From Candidatus Krumholzibacteriia bacterium (lineage in GTDB: Bacteria > Krumholzibacteriota > Krumholzibacteriia > WVZY01), in contig JAZGDW010000009.1 of NCBI GenBank assembly GCA_036478295.1, positions 1 through 32,961 on the forward strand: DNA of 32,961 nt, read 5' to 3'. The notes under the pieces are model-generated. The model was not told where the DNA came from. It did not search any database and was given only the letters and a program-made list of their open reading frames with translations. Below, one piece after another: positions 1 to 8,610 of the stretch. Each line of letters starts with the position of its first letter. Position 1 is the first letter of the stretch. The translations under genes were made by a program, and so were the position numbers.

Positions 1-135
1 AACAGCGCCGACAGCCGCGTGTGGGGGCCCCTGGACAAGAACCTCATTTTGGGCAAGGCGATGTTCATTTATTTTTCGTGGGATAATGGAGCGAGGACCG
101 TTCGGTTCTCGAGGATCGGCGACGTGATCCGGTAG
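1..135 (+). CDS. lepB: Signal peptidase I, C-terminal fragment (truncated by window start)
   Basis: Frame 1 reads NSADSRVWGPLDKNLILGKAMFIYFSWD...IR*, the box E (NSxDSRxWG...GKA) of S26 signal peptidases. Not in the ORF track. Confidence 0.9.
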   Translation, partial: NSADSRVWGPLDKNLILGKAMFIYFSWDNGARTVRFSRIGDVIR

Positions 136-138
136 CTG

Positions 139-1236
139 ATGCGGGCTGTATCCTTATACATCCACATTCCATTTTGCAAACGACGTTGCCCGTACTGTAC
201 CTTCTACCACGTTCCCCATACTAACGAGTACGAGGATGCGTTCATCGACGCGCTGGTCGCCGAGCTCGAACGCGCGGCGCGCGAAATCGACGAACCGTTC
301 TACGCACCGACGGTTTTCTTGGGGGGAGGGACGCCGTCGACCCTCGGGCCGCAATCGCTCGCCCGAATCTTTGACGCGATCGCACCGTACCTGCAAGGAG
401 ACCGCGAAGCGGAAATCACCCTGGAAATGAATCCGGAAGACGTCACGGCCGGCCTGGTGAGTGATCTCGAGCACCTGGGAGTCAACCGTGTGAGTCTCGG
501 GATCCAGTCCATGAGCGATCGCGCGCTGCGCGTGCTCAGGCGCTGCACGGCAGATGCGAACCGGTACGCGATCGAGCGGGTAAGTCGCCGGTTCGACAAT
601 TTCAGTGTCGACCTGCTGCTCGGTGTGCCCGGTGGCTCGTCGCGTGAACTCGACGACACGCTCTCCGCGGTGCTCGCCCATCGCCCACCGCACGTTTCCC
701 TTTACTGCCTCGAACCGGACGAGAACATGGAGCGGGCGGTTCGGGATTTTCTCGACACGGTCGACGCGGAAAGTGCCGCCGATGAATACCTCCTTGCCTG
801 CGACAGGCTGCGGAGGCAGGGTCACCGGCATTACGAGGTGTCCAACTTTGCCCGGCCCGGCTACGAAAGCCGGCACAACCACACGTATTGGGACGGCAGC
901 GAGTACCTGGGGATCGGTCCGGGAGCCCATTCCTTCATAGCCGGACAGCGTTTCCACAACGAACCCTCCATCGAGTTGTACCTTCGCACCGCGGCGACGA
1001 TCCGCTTGAGACGCCGCGACCTGCGCGATGAGGCACAGCGCGAGCTCGAGACTCTCATGCTGGCACTGCGAACGTCGCGGGGCCTGACTCTCGAGCGTCT
1101 CTCGTGCCCGCCACACGTCCCGCGCGAGCTCGTGAAGCAGGGACTGGCCGGCTGTCACGGTGACCGACTCGTTCTCACCGACCGTGGATACCTGCTGCTG
1201 AACGACATCCTCTTCCGGCTGACCCAGGCGGCATGA
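139..1236 (+). CDS. hemW: Radical SAM family heme chaperone HemW
   Basis: LYIHIPFCKRRCPYC (CxxxCxxC), GGGTPS, YEVSNFA and HNHTYW (HNxxYW); sits upstream of hrcA as is common. Confidence 0.92.
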   Translation: MRAVSLYIHIPFCKRRCPYCTFYHVPHTNEYEDAFIDALVAELERAAREIDEPFYAPTVFLGGGTPSTLGPQSLARIFDAIAPYLQGDREAEITLEMNPEDVTAGLVSDLEHLGVNRVSLGIQSMSDRALRVLRRCTADANRYAIERVSRRFDNFSVDLLLGVPGGSSRELDDTLSAVLAHRPPHVSLYCLEPDENMERAVRDFLDTVDAESAADEYLLACDRLRRQGHRHYEVSNFARPGYESRHNHTYWDGSEYLGIGPGAHSFIAGQRFHNEPSIELYLRTAATIRLRRRDLRDEAQRELETLMLALRTSRGLTLERLSCPPHVPRELVKQGLAGCHGDRLVLTDRGYLLLNDILFRLTQAA

Positions 1237-1266
1237 CGCCCGGGGCGCCGGCCCCGGGGGCGTCTT
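1235..1266 (+). terminator. GC-rich hairpin after hemW (possible terminator or stabiliser)
   Basis: GACGCCCGGGGC-gccg-GCCCCG(GG)GGCGTC, but followed by only TT. Confidence 0.35.
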
Positions 1267-1293
1267 GACAGTGGCAGTGGGGAACGGTAACTT
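1265..1293 (+). promoter_or_regulatory. Sigma-70-type promoter of hrcA
   Basis: TTGACA (1265-1270), 17 bp, TAACTT (1288-1293). Confidence 0.7.
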
Positions 1294-1326
1294 AAACAGT
1301 AGATCCGCATGCGCGGGGGACAATCC

Positions 1327-2349
1327 ATGTTGAACGACCGAGATATGACGATACTACGAGTGGTGGTGGACACCCACGTGCGCGAGGGGATCCCTGTCAG
1401 TTCACAGAAGGTGCGGGAAACCGGCGACATGCTGGTCAGCACAGCGACGATCCGCAGCAGCATGGCGAGGCTCGAGTGCGAGGGCTTGCTGACCAAGCCG
1501 CATACTTCCGCCGGGCGCATTCCCACAGATGAGGGATACCGCCGGTATGTGGATCACCTGGATGCCGACGTGCCTGTCGGGGACGCGTTTTCCAGCCGGT
1601 TCCGTAGCGCGCTGCGGGATCACGAGGCCGACGTGAGCACCATCATGGCCTGTGCGTCCCGCGTCCTGGGTGGGTTGTCGAGAAGCCTTGCCGTTGTCTA
1701 TGGCGTGGTGACGCAAGAGAGTCGAGTGACGCGCATCCGGCTCGTCGACCTCGAGGGAACACGTCTCCTGGTGGTAGTAAACCTGCAAACTGAGTACGAA
1801 CGCACAATCGTACTCCGCATGGAAAAACGGTTCACCCCGGATGTCCTGGCGCGCGCCGAAGTGTGGATCAACCGACTGGTAACGGACAAGACCCCGCCCG
1901 AGGCCAAGGAAGCGCTCGATTCCGCGGTGCGTGACAACATGACCGACGAGGGAATTATCGCCCGGGAAGTGGCGGTCCATCGCGAGGACATCTTCTCAGA
2001 ACCGCCTGCCGTGGAACTCTACTTCGAGGAGCGTAGCCATCTGGTGGAGCACCCGGAGTTCGCGGACCCGGATTTGCTGCGGGTGCTCTTGCGGCTCCTG
2101 CAAAACCAGGACTATGTCACGCAAATTCTTTCCAATCGCCTGAGCGAACATACCCAGATCACGATCGGGCACGAACACGGCGACCCGGCGTTACGTCCCT
2201 TCAGTCTGGTGACCGCCGGCTACCGCATGGGGGGAGCCCGCGGCGTTCTCGGCATAATCGGCCTGACCCGGATGCGGTACGACCTCAATCGGGCTCTGGT
2301 CGGTTCGGCGGCCCGGGAGCTTCAGGCGTTTGGTGAGGAGTACTTCTAG
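1327..2349 (+). CDS. hrcA: Heat-inducible transcription repressor HrcA
   Basis: STATIRSSM, KPHTSAGRIPTDEGYRRYVD and C-terminal GIIGLTRMRY; precedes grpE-dnaK. ATG 1327 preferred (GGGGGA upstream); 1309 is the alternative. Confidence 0.93.
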   Translation: MLNDRDMTILRVVVDTHVREGIPVSSQKVRETGDMLVSTATIRSSMARLECEGLLTKPHTSAGRIPTDEGYRRYVDHLDADVPVGDAFSSRFRSALRDHEADVSTIMACASRVLGGLSRSLAVVYGVVTQESRVTRIRLVDLEGTRLLVVVNLQTEYERTIVLRMEKRFTPDVLARAEVWINRLVTDKTPPEAKEALDSAVRDNMTDEGIIAREVAVHREDIFSEPPAVELYFEERSHLVEHPEFADPDLLRVLLRLLQNQDYVTQILSNRLSEHTQITIGHEHGDPALRPFSLVTAGYRMGGARGVLGIIGLTRMRYDLNRALVGSAARELQAFGEEYF

Positions 2350-2384
2350 TTTTTCCGTACGAACAGCGCCCACGAGAAGGGGAG

Positions 2385-2431
2385 TGGCACTTTTGCCGCG
2401 GTGTCGCTGCATAATCGGCACGGCTTGTGCT
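2385..2431 (+). promoter_or_regulatory. Candidate sigma-54 (-24/-12) promoter motifs upstream of grpE
   Basis: CGGCACGGCTTGTGCT (2416-2431) and TGGCACTTTTGCCGC (2385-2399); both fit GG-N10-GC with a GGCAC core. Confidence 0.5.
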
Positions 2432-2490
2432 TGGACAATTAGCGAATGACCCCATCGGACCGTGATGTGCGTTAACTGAAGGAGTAACAA

Positions 2491-3498
2491 GTGGTTGACG
2501 AAAAAGACCCATTCGGATCTCATTCGGTGATCGATTTGCAGGCTGCCCGAAGGAAGTCCCACGGCCGTAAAAGCAAACGCAGTGACAAAAATGAAGCCAA
2601 GCCGCCGGACGAGGGATTGGACTCCGGCCAGCGTAAGACCCGGCGGGGGACACCGGAGACAGACGCTAGCAGGAGTCAGCGTCGCGCGGAGGGCTCGCTC
2701 CCAGTCGACGCCCTCGAAGACCCCGCGGGGGATGCCGGGGCTGAATCGCAGCGTGACGCCAGTTCGGTCGAGGAGGCCGCCCGTGAAGGACGGTCTGCCG
2801 GCGCGCTGGACGAGCTCGAACAGCAGGATGCGCCCGACGGGTTCGATAGCCCTGGAGCGCTCGATGAGCTCGAGCATGCCGAAGCGGAAGAGCCCGAAGT
2901 CGTTGTGGAGTTCGAGGAACCCTCAGCCAGGCCGAAGAAAAAATCTAAGAGGAAGAAAAATGACGACGGTTACACGGGTTCCGAGCGACGCAAGCCGTCC
3001 GACCAGGAAGTTCTTGCCCGGCTACTCGAGAAGAACGAGGTGATCCTGCAGCTCAGCAAGAAGAACGTGCAGCTGGGAGCCGCGGCGAAAGGCGCGGAGG
3101 ACAGGCATATACGGGTCACCGCCGAATTCGAAAATTATCGAAAACGAACACGGAAGGAATGGGAATTGCTTAAGCAGCAGACGAGAGCAGAGGTAATTCT
3201 CGATATGTTGGAAATCGTAGATGATTTCGAAAGGGCCTTCGCGGTCCTCGGGAACCGGAATGACGACTTCGTGCAGGGTATTCGATTGATTTATAATAAC
3301 ATGATGGCAATTCTGGTGAAATTCGGAGTGGCGAAAATGGAAGCGCTCCGCGCGCGTTTCGATCCGATTTATCATATGGCGGTGGCGAATATCGACAGCA
3401 AAGACGTGGTGTCGAACCACGTCGTGGAGATCATCCAGGAAGGATATTTGCTAGGCGACACCGTGATTCGACCCGCGAAAGTGGTAATTGCAAAATAA
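2491..3498 (+). CDS. grpE: Nucleotide exchange factor GrpE with long N-terminal extension
   Basis: AEFENYRKR, DDFERA, FDPIYHMAV, QEGYLLGDTVIRPAKVVIAK; GTG start with AAGGAG RBS 6 nt upstream. Confidence 0.93.
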   Translation: MVDEKDPFGSHSVIDLQAARRKSHGRKSKRSDKNEAKPPDEGLDSGQRKTRRGTPETDASRSQRRAEGSLPVDALEDPAGDAGAESQRDASSVEEAAREGRSAGALDELEQQDAPDGFDSPGALDELEHAEAEEPEVVVEFEEPSARPKKKSKRKKNDDGYTGSERRKPSDQEVLARLLEKNEVILQLSKKNVQLGAAAKGAEDRHIRVTAEFENYRKRTRKEWELLKQQTRAEVILDMLEIVDDFERAFAVLGNRNDDFVQGIRLIYNNMMAILVKFGVAKMEALRARFDPIYHMAVANIDSKDVVSNHVVEIIQEGYLLGDTVIRPAKVVIAK

Positions 3499-3568
3499 CC
3501 TATGACCAATTGGATTTTGCATCTGGTGAGCAGCGTTCGTCTAGAGAGTGTTTGGTAAGGAGAACCGC

Positions 3569-5392
3569 ATGTCCAAAGTCATCGGAATCGATCTGGGAAC
3601 CACCTACTCCTGTGTGAGCATCATCGAGGGTGGGGATCCGATTGTCATTCCCAACGCTGAAGGCAATCGCACGACGCCCTCGGTCGTGGCGTTCTCGAAG
3701 AACGGGGAACGTCTCGTGGGGCACATCGCGAAGCGCCAGGCGATTACGAATCCGGAGCAGACAATTTATTCGGTCAAGCGATTCATGGGTTCCAAGTTCA
3801 GCGAGTGTGACAGTGACCGGGGGCACGTTCCTTACGAGGTCGTGGCGGGCAAGAATGATGAAACGCTGCTGAAGATCAAAGAGCAGCAATACCGGCCGGA
3901 AGAAATCGCGGCGATGATCCTGCAGAGCCTCAAGCAGGTTGCCGAGGACTACACCGGTGAGGAGATTACCAAGGCCGTGATCACCGTACCGGCGTATTTC
4001 AACGACTCGCAACGGCAAGCCACCAAAGACGCAGGCAAGATCGCCGGGCTGGAAGTATTGCGGATCCTGAACGAGCCGACGGCCGCGTCATTGGCCTACG
4101 GGATGGACAAGAACGGCAAGGGCGTACTCGCTATCTACGACCTCGGTGGCGGCACATTCGATATTTCGATACTGGAACTCAGCGACGGTGTTTTTCAAGT
4201 CAAGTCGACGAACGGCGACACGCATCTCGGCGGCGACGATTTCGACCGCAAGATCATGGAATGGATCATCGAGGAGTTCAAGAAGGAGGGCGGTCCCGAC
4301 ATCTCCGGAGAGAAGATGGCGTTGCAGCGCGTGAAGGATGCCGCCGAAAAGGCCAAGTGCGAGCTCTCCAGCGCTCTCGAGACGACCATCAACCTGCCGT
4401 TCCTGGCGGCGGACGAATCGGGACCGAAGCACCTCGAAACGGTGCTCACCCGCGCCACCATGGAGAAACTCGTCGAGGACCTGATCAAGAGAGCCATCGA
4501 ACCGTGCAAGAAGGCACTGCAGGACTCGAAGCTTACCACAAAGGACATCGAAGAAGTCATCCTGGTCGGCGGATCCACCCGTATGCCGGCCGTACGTGAA
4601 GCGGTCAAGAGCTTCTTCAAGAAAGAGCCGCATAAGGGCGTCAATCCGGACGAAGTGGTCGCGCGCGGTGCCGCCATTCAGGGAGGCGTTCTCTCCGGTG
4701 AAGTGGAAGAAGTATTGCTCCTCGACGTCACTCCGCTATCCCTCGGTATCGAAACCCTGGGCGGTGTAATGACCACGCTGATCGAGCGCAACACGACGAT
4801 TCCAACGATCAAGAGCCAGATCTTCTCGACCGCCACCGATAACCAGCCCGCGGTGAGTGTGCACGTGCTGCAGGGCGAGCGAGAAATGGCGAAGGACAAC
4901 CGGACACTGGGCCGGTTCGACCTGGTAGGCATGCCGCCCGCGCCGAGGGGAGTGCCGCAGATCGAGGTCAGTTTCGACATCGACGCAAACGGCATCGTCC
5001 ACGTATCGGCCAGGGACCTCGGAACCGGCAAACGGCAGCAGATCGAGATCAAGCAGGCGAGCGGCCTGTCCGGCGCAGAGATCGAGCGCATGGTTGCGGA
5101 GGCCGAAAAGTACGGGGTCGAGGACGCTGCCAAGCGGGCGTTTTCCACCACGCTCAATGAGGCCGAGATCCTGCTCTACTCGACCGAGCAGACCATCAAG
5201 GATTTCAAAGACAAGTTCACCTCCGACGACCTCAAGGAAATCGACGCCGCGATGAAGGAGCTCAGCGAGGTCATAAAGAGCAGCGACCGCGAGGTGGACC
5301 CCTTGAAGGTCGCCACCGAAAAACTCCAGGCGATCATGCACAAGTTCGCCGAGCTGATGTACAGCGCTCCGAACGCGACCGATATCCCCTAG
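3569..5392 (+). CDS. dnaK: Chaperone DnaK (Hsp70)
   Basis: [57 protein letters not shown] before ATG 3569. Confidence 0.98.
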   Translation: MSKVIGIDLGTTYSCVSIIEGGDPIVIPNAEGNRTTPSVVAFSKNGERLVGHIAKRQAITNPEQTIYSVKRFMGSKFSECDSDRGHVPYEVVAGKNDETLLKIKEQQYRPEEIAAMILQSLKQVAEDYTGEEITKAVITVPAYFNDSQRQATKDAGKIAGLEVLRILNEPTAASLAYGMDKNGKGVLAIYDLGGGTFDISILELSDGVFQVKSTNGDTHLGGDDFDRKIMEWIIEEFKKEGGPDISGEKMALQRVKDAAEKAKCELSSALETTINLPFLAADESGPKHLETVLTRATMEKLVEDLIKRAIEPCKKALQDSKLTTKDIEEVILVGGSTRMPAVREAVKSFFKKEPHKGVNPDEVVARGAAIQGGVLSGEVEEVLLLDVTPLSLGIETLGGVMTTLIERNTTIPTIKSQIFSTATDNQPAVSVHVLQGEREMAKDNRTLGRFDLVGMPPAPRGVPQIEVSFDIDANGIVHVSARDLGTGKRQQIEIKQASGLSGAEIERMVAEAEKYGVEDAAKRAFSTTLNEAEILLYSTEQTIKDFKDKFTSDDLKEIDAAMKELSEVIKSSDREVDPLKVATEKLQAIMHKFAELMYSAPNATDIP

Positions 5393-5417
5393 GCCCAGCG
5401 TCGTCCGGCGAAACGCT

Positions 5418-5445
5418 TTGCATCAGACCCCCGTCGTGTTATATT
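5418..5445 (+). promoter_or_regulatory. Internal sigma-70-type promoter for dnaJ
   Basis: TTGCAT (5418-5423), 16 bp, extended -10 TGn-TATATT (5437-5445). Confidence 0.55.
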
Positions 5446-5488
5446 CCCTCCGAATTTGAAGCCGAACTGCATGCAAGGGTCCGAACAG

Positions 5489-6613
5489 ATGTCAAAACGT
5501 GATTACTATGACGTCCTCGGCATCGATCGCAACACATCCCTTGATCAAATCAAGAAAGCCTATCGCCAGCAGGCGCTGAAGTACCATCCGGACCGCAACC
5601 CGGGTGACAAGGACGCCGAGGACAAATTCAAAGAAGCCACCGAAGCGTACGAGGTTCTGCGTGACGCCGAGAAGCGGGGGTTGTACGACCAGTACGGCCA
5701 CGCCGGCGTATCGGGCCGCGCGGGAGCCAGCGGTTTCGGCCAGGGGGCTGAGTTCGATCTCTCCGATGCGCTGCGCGCGTTCATGCGTGACTTCGGGGGG
5801 TTCGGATTCGGCGATCTCTTCGGCGGTGCGGCGCGGGGCGAGGACCGCCGCCGGCAGCACCGGGGCAATGACCTGCAGCTCAAAGTCAAGCTCACGCTGG
5901 AGGAAGTGGCCGGCGGCGTCGAGAAGCAGATCCGCGTCAGCAAGCAGGTGGCGTGTGACACCTGTGGCGGGAGTGGAGCGGCGCCGGGTTCGGGCTCGGT
6001 AGCGTGCGATGTCTGTGGCGGCGCGGGTCAGATCAAGCAGGTACAGCGCTCGCTGTTCGGCCAGTTCGTGAATGTTTCGGAGTGTTATCGCTGCAACGGC
6101 GAGGGACAGGTCGTGAAGGATCCGTGCCGGGAGTGCAATGGCACGGGTACCATCCGAGGCAGCGAAACGGTGGCCGTGAGGATTCCCGCCGGCGTGGCCA
6201 CAGGCAACTATATTACGATCAACGGTGGGGGAGACGCGGGCGAGCGCGGCGGCCCGAAGGGTAATCTCTACGTGATTATCGAAGAGGAAGCGCACGACCT
6301 GTTCGAGCGCCACGGCAACGACATCCTGATGGATCTGCCGCTGACGATTACACAGCTAGCGCTTGGCACCAAGACTGAAGTGCCGACACTCGACGGCGAT
6401 ATCCTGCTCAAGATTCCTCGTGGAACACCGTCACACAAGATCTTTCGTCTCAAGGGCAAGGGGATTCCCCGGTTGAATAGCTACGGTAAGGGAGACCATC
6501 TGGTCCGCGTCGTCGCCTGGATTCCCGACAAACTCGCCAAGACCGAGATCGAGTTGCTCAAAGAGCTCGACAAGACGCTGGGCAAGAGGGTACCCGGACC
6601 CGGCGAGTCCTGA
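5489..6613 (+). CDS. dnaJ: Chaperone DnaJ
   Basis: J domain with HPD, G/F-rich linker and four CxxCxGxG repeats. Confidence 0.97.
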   Translation: MSKRDYYDVLGIDRNTSLDQIKKAYRQQALKYHPDRNPGDKDAEDKFKEATEAYEVLRDAEKRGLYDQYGHAGVSGRAGASGFGQGAEFDLSDALRAFMRDFGGFGFGDLFGGAARGEDRRRQHRGNDLQLKVKLTLEEVAGGVEKQIRVSKQVACDTCGGSGAAPGSGSVACDVCGGAGQIKQVQRSLFGQFVNVSECYRCNGEGQVVKDPCRECNGTGTIRGSETVAVRIPAGVATGNYITINGGGDAGERGGPKGNLYVIIEEEAHDLFERHGNDILMDLPLTITQLALGTKTEVPTLDGDILLKIPRGTPSHKIFRLKGKGIPRLNSYGKGDHLVRVVAWIPDKLAKTEIELLKELDKTLGKRVPGPGES

Positions 6614-6622
6614 GCGCCAGCC

Positions 6623-7369
6623 ATGCGCGGAGATCACGCCCACCATTTCCTCTATTACTCGCAAGAGCTGGAGAAGGATAGCGCGCGTATAGATATCACC
6701 GGCGACGAGCACCACCACCTGCATCGTGTCCTCCGCAAGCGCTGCGGAGACACGGTTTATATCACCAACGGACGCGGCATTATAGTATGCGGCACCGTCG
6801 AGACTGTGGGCGACACGACGACCGAGGTAAGGGTGATCGGGACGGTCGAGGAACGGACACCGGAGCAAGCGGTGACGCTCGCGCTCGCCTGTCTCAAGAA
6901 GGACGCCTTCGACCAGGCGGTGAGGCAGTGCACCGAGCTTGGTATTACACGCTGCCTGCCCTTCGCGGCGGACCTCTCGCATCTGACCGACTACTCGGAC
7001 GCCTACCTCGAACGGCTGAGACGGGTCGTGTTGTCCGCGATGAAACAATCCTTTCGCTCCATCCTTCCATCCATAGAACGAGTTGCGCCTTTCGAGAGAC
7101 TCCTGCGCGAGGCACGTGAGCACGCGGTCATAGTGGCCGGCGACGCGGACGGGCAGCCGCTCAAGCCCCTCCACGAAAGACCGGGCCGCCTGCTAATTGT
7201 AGTCGGCCCGGAAGCGGGGCTCAGCGGCGACGAAAAGCGCCAGCTCGAGAAGTGCGGGTGCGAGTTTGTTTCCGTCTCCGCCTACCGGCTGCGCTCGGAA
7301 ACCTCCGCCGCGGCACTGACTGCGGCCCTCCTCGCGCCGTCCTGCGACGGTGGTGGGGACCCGGTTTGA
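6623..7369 (+). CDS. rsmE: 16S rRNA m3U1498 methyltransferase RsmE
   Basis: HHLHRVLR, QCTELG, VGPEAGLS, LRSETSA; located after dnaJ. Confidence 0.92.
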   Translation: MRGDHAHHFLYYSQELEKDSARIDITGDEHHHLHRVLRKRCGDTVYITNGRGIIVCGTVETVGDTTTEVRVIGTVEERTPEQAVTLALACLKKDAFDQAVRQCTELGITRCLPFAADLSHLTDYSDAYLERLRRVVLSAMKQSFRSILPSIERVAPFERLLREAREHAVIVAGDADGQPLKPLHERPGRLLIVVGPEAGLSGDEKRQLEKCGCEFVSVSAYRLRSETSAAALTAALLAPSCDGGGDPV

Positions 7370-7394
7370 CAGCGCCGGAGTTTTGCCATACGAT
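7366..7394 (+). promoter_or_regulatory. Sigma-70-type promoter upstream of yqeY
   Basis: TTGACA (7366-7371), 17 bp, TACGAT (7389-7394). Confidence 0.75.
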
Positions 7395-7486
7395 ACTGGC
7401 GGCGTAACGATCCGGGCTTTCCGGACGCTGGTCGGCCGAAATCTCCGCATTCGCCGTATCTACAATCGCTTCGAAGGGATGCAGTA

Positions 7487-7933
7487 GTGATATCCGAAAA
7501 ATTGATCGAGGATATGAAACTCGCGATGAAATCGGGTGACAAGACCAGGCTGAGTGTCATCCGTATGCTGCGGGCCGAGCTCAAGAACGCCCAGATCGCC
7601 GCGGGGGAAACGTTGTCGGATGAGCTGGAGGAGAAGGTTGTCGCTGCGTACGCGAAGAAGCGCAAGGAATCCATGGCCCAGTATCTGGAGGGTGGGCGAA
7701 AGGACCTTGCCGACAAAGAAAAAGCCGAATACGGAATTACCCTGTCCTACCTGCCGCCGAGGATGGAAGAAGAAGAACTAACCGTGCTGATCAAAGCCCA
7801 GATAGACGAGACCGGAGCGTCGGGGACGCGCGATTTTGGAACGGTCATGAAGGCGGTCATGCAGGCAGGGGGAAGCCGCGTGGACGGGTCGGTGGTCTCG
7901 GGTTTGGTGAAGAAGTTGCTTGTCGGCGATTGA
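7487..7933 (+). CDS. yqeY: GatB/YqeY domain protein
   Basis: DMKLAMKSGDK..RLSVIRML, KKRKESM..Y..GGR.DLA, YLP, DFGTVMK. Confidence 0.92.
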   Translation: MISEKLIEDMKLAMKSGDKTRLSVIRMLRAELKNAQIAAGETLSDELEEKVVAAYAKKRKESMAQYLEGGRKDLADKEKAEYGITLSYLPPRMEEEELTVLIKAQIDETGASGTRDFGTVMKAVMQAGGSRVDGSVVSGLVKKLLVGD

Positions 7934-8015
7934 ACCGCGAACGGCAAGAGGGTGGCCGAACCGGTCGCCCGCGCCGTGCGGTGAGCCGGCGGAGGGTTTG
8001 ACCAGGCGGGTGCAG

Positions 8016-8552
8016 ATGGATGCGGTAGGTATCGTCAATCTTGCTCTTTTCGGCGTACTTTTTCTCGGTACGTTCGTGGGTTTCGCCAAGGGCTTTCTCG
8101 AACAAGCGGTCGAGCTGGCCGGTGCGGTGGGGGCCTTTGTTCTCGCCATTTTCATGGCGGGCGGTGTCGCCCGCTTTGCGGAGCGGCACTTTGACATTGC
8201 CTATTCGGTGGCACTGGTGATTTCGTTCATCCTGCTGGTGATTGCGGGTCTGGTGGCCACCCACTTTGCCGCCCTGGCGGTAGCGCGAGTGGTGAAGATG
8301 ACCATCCTCAGGATGGTGGACCGCTTTACCGGGGCCGTGCTGGGGCTCATTATGGCGATGCTCGTCGCCAGTCTCATGATAACGGTGACGCTGGAGCTTC
8401 CCCTGTCGAGGGCGCTGCGAAACGATGTCGCCCGGGCTTCGATGAGCCTGTTTCTGAGGCCGATGGCGGGGCAGATGTTCGACTGGGTTATCGACCGGAC
8501 ATCCAGTTCCGTGCATTTCAAAGATATCTTCAAGCGAAGCAACACGGTCTAG
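8016..8552 (+). CDS. cvpA: CvpA family (colicin V production) membrane protein
   Basis: Four hydrophobic segments, GFAKGFLEQ and DRFTGAVLG; adjacent to mutS2. Start taken at ATG 8016. Confidence 0.85.
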   Translation: MDAVGIVNLALFGVLFLGTFVGFAKGFLEQAVELAGAVGAFVLAIFMAGGVARFAERHFDIAYSVALVISFILLVIAGLVATHFAALAVARVVKMTILRMVDRFTGAVLGLIMAMLVASLMITVTLELPLSRALRNDVARASMSLFLRPMAGQMFDWVIDRTSSSVHFKDIFKRSNTV

Positions 8553-8610
8553 GGCCGACCCCTCCGTTTTATTCGAACTCTTGCCTCTCGTTGCACGAAG
8601 GATGCCGTCT

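Noticed and set aside
3500..5341. Several long antisense ORFs over dnaK
   Set aside because: Antisense open frames are a well-known by-product of dnaK codon usage in GC-rich genomes; no RBS or protein motifs.
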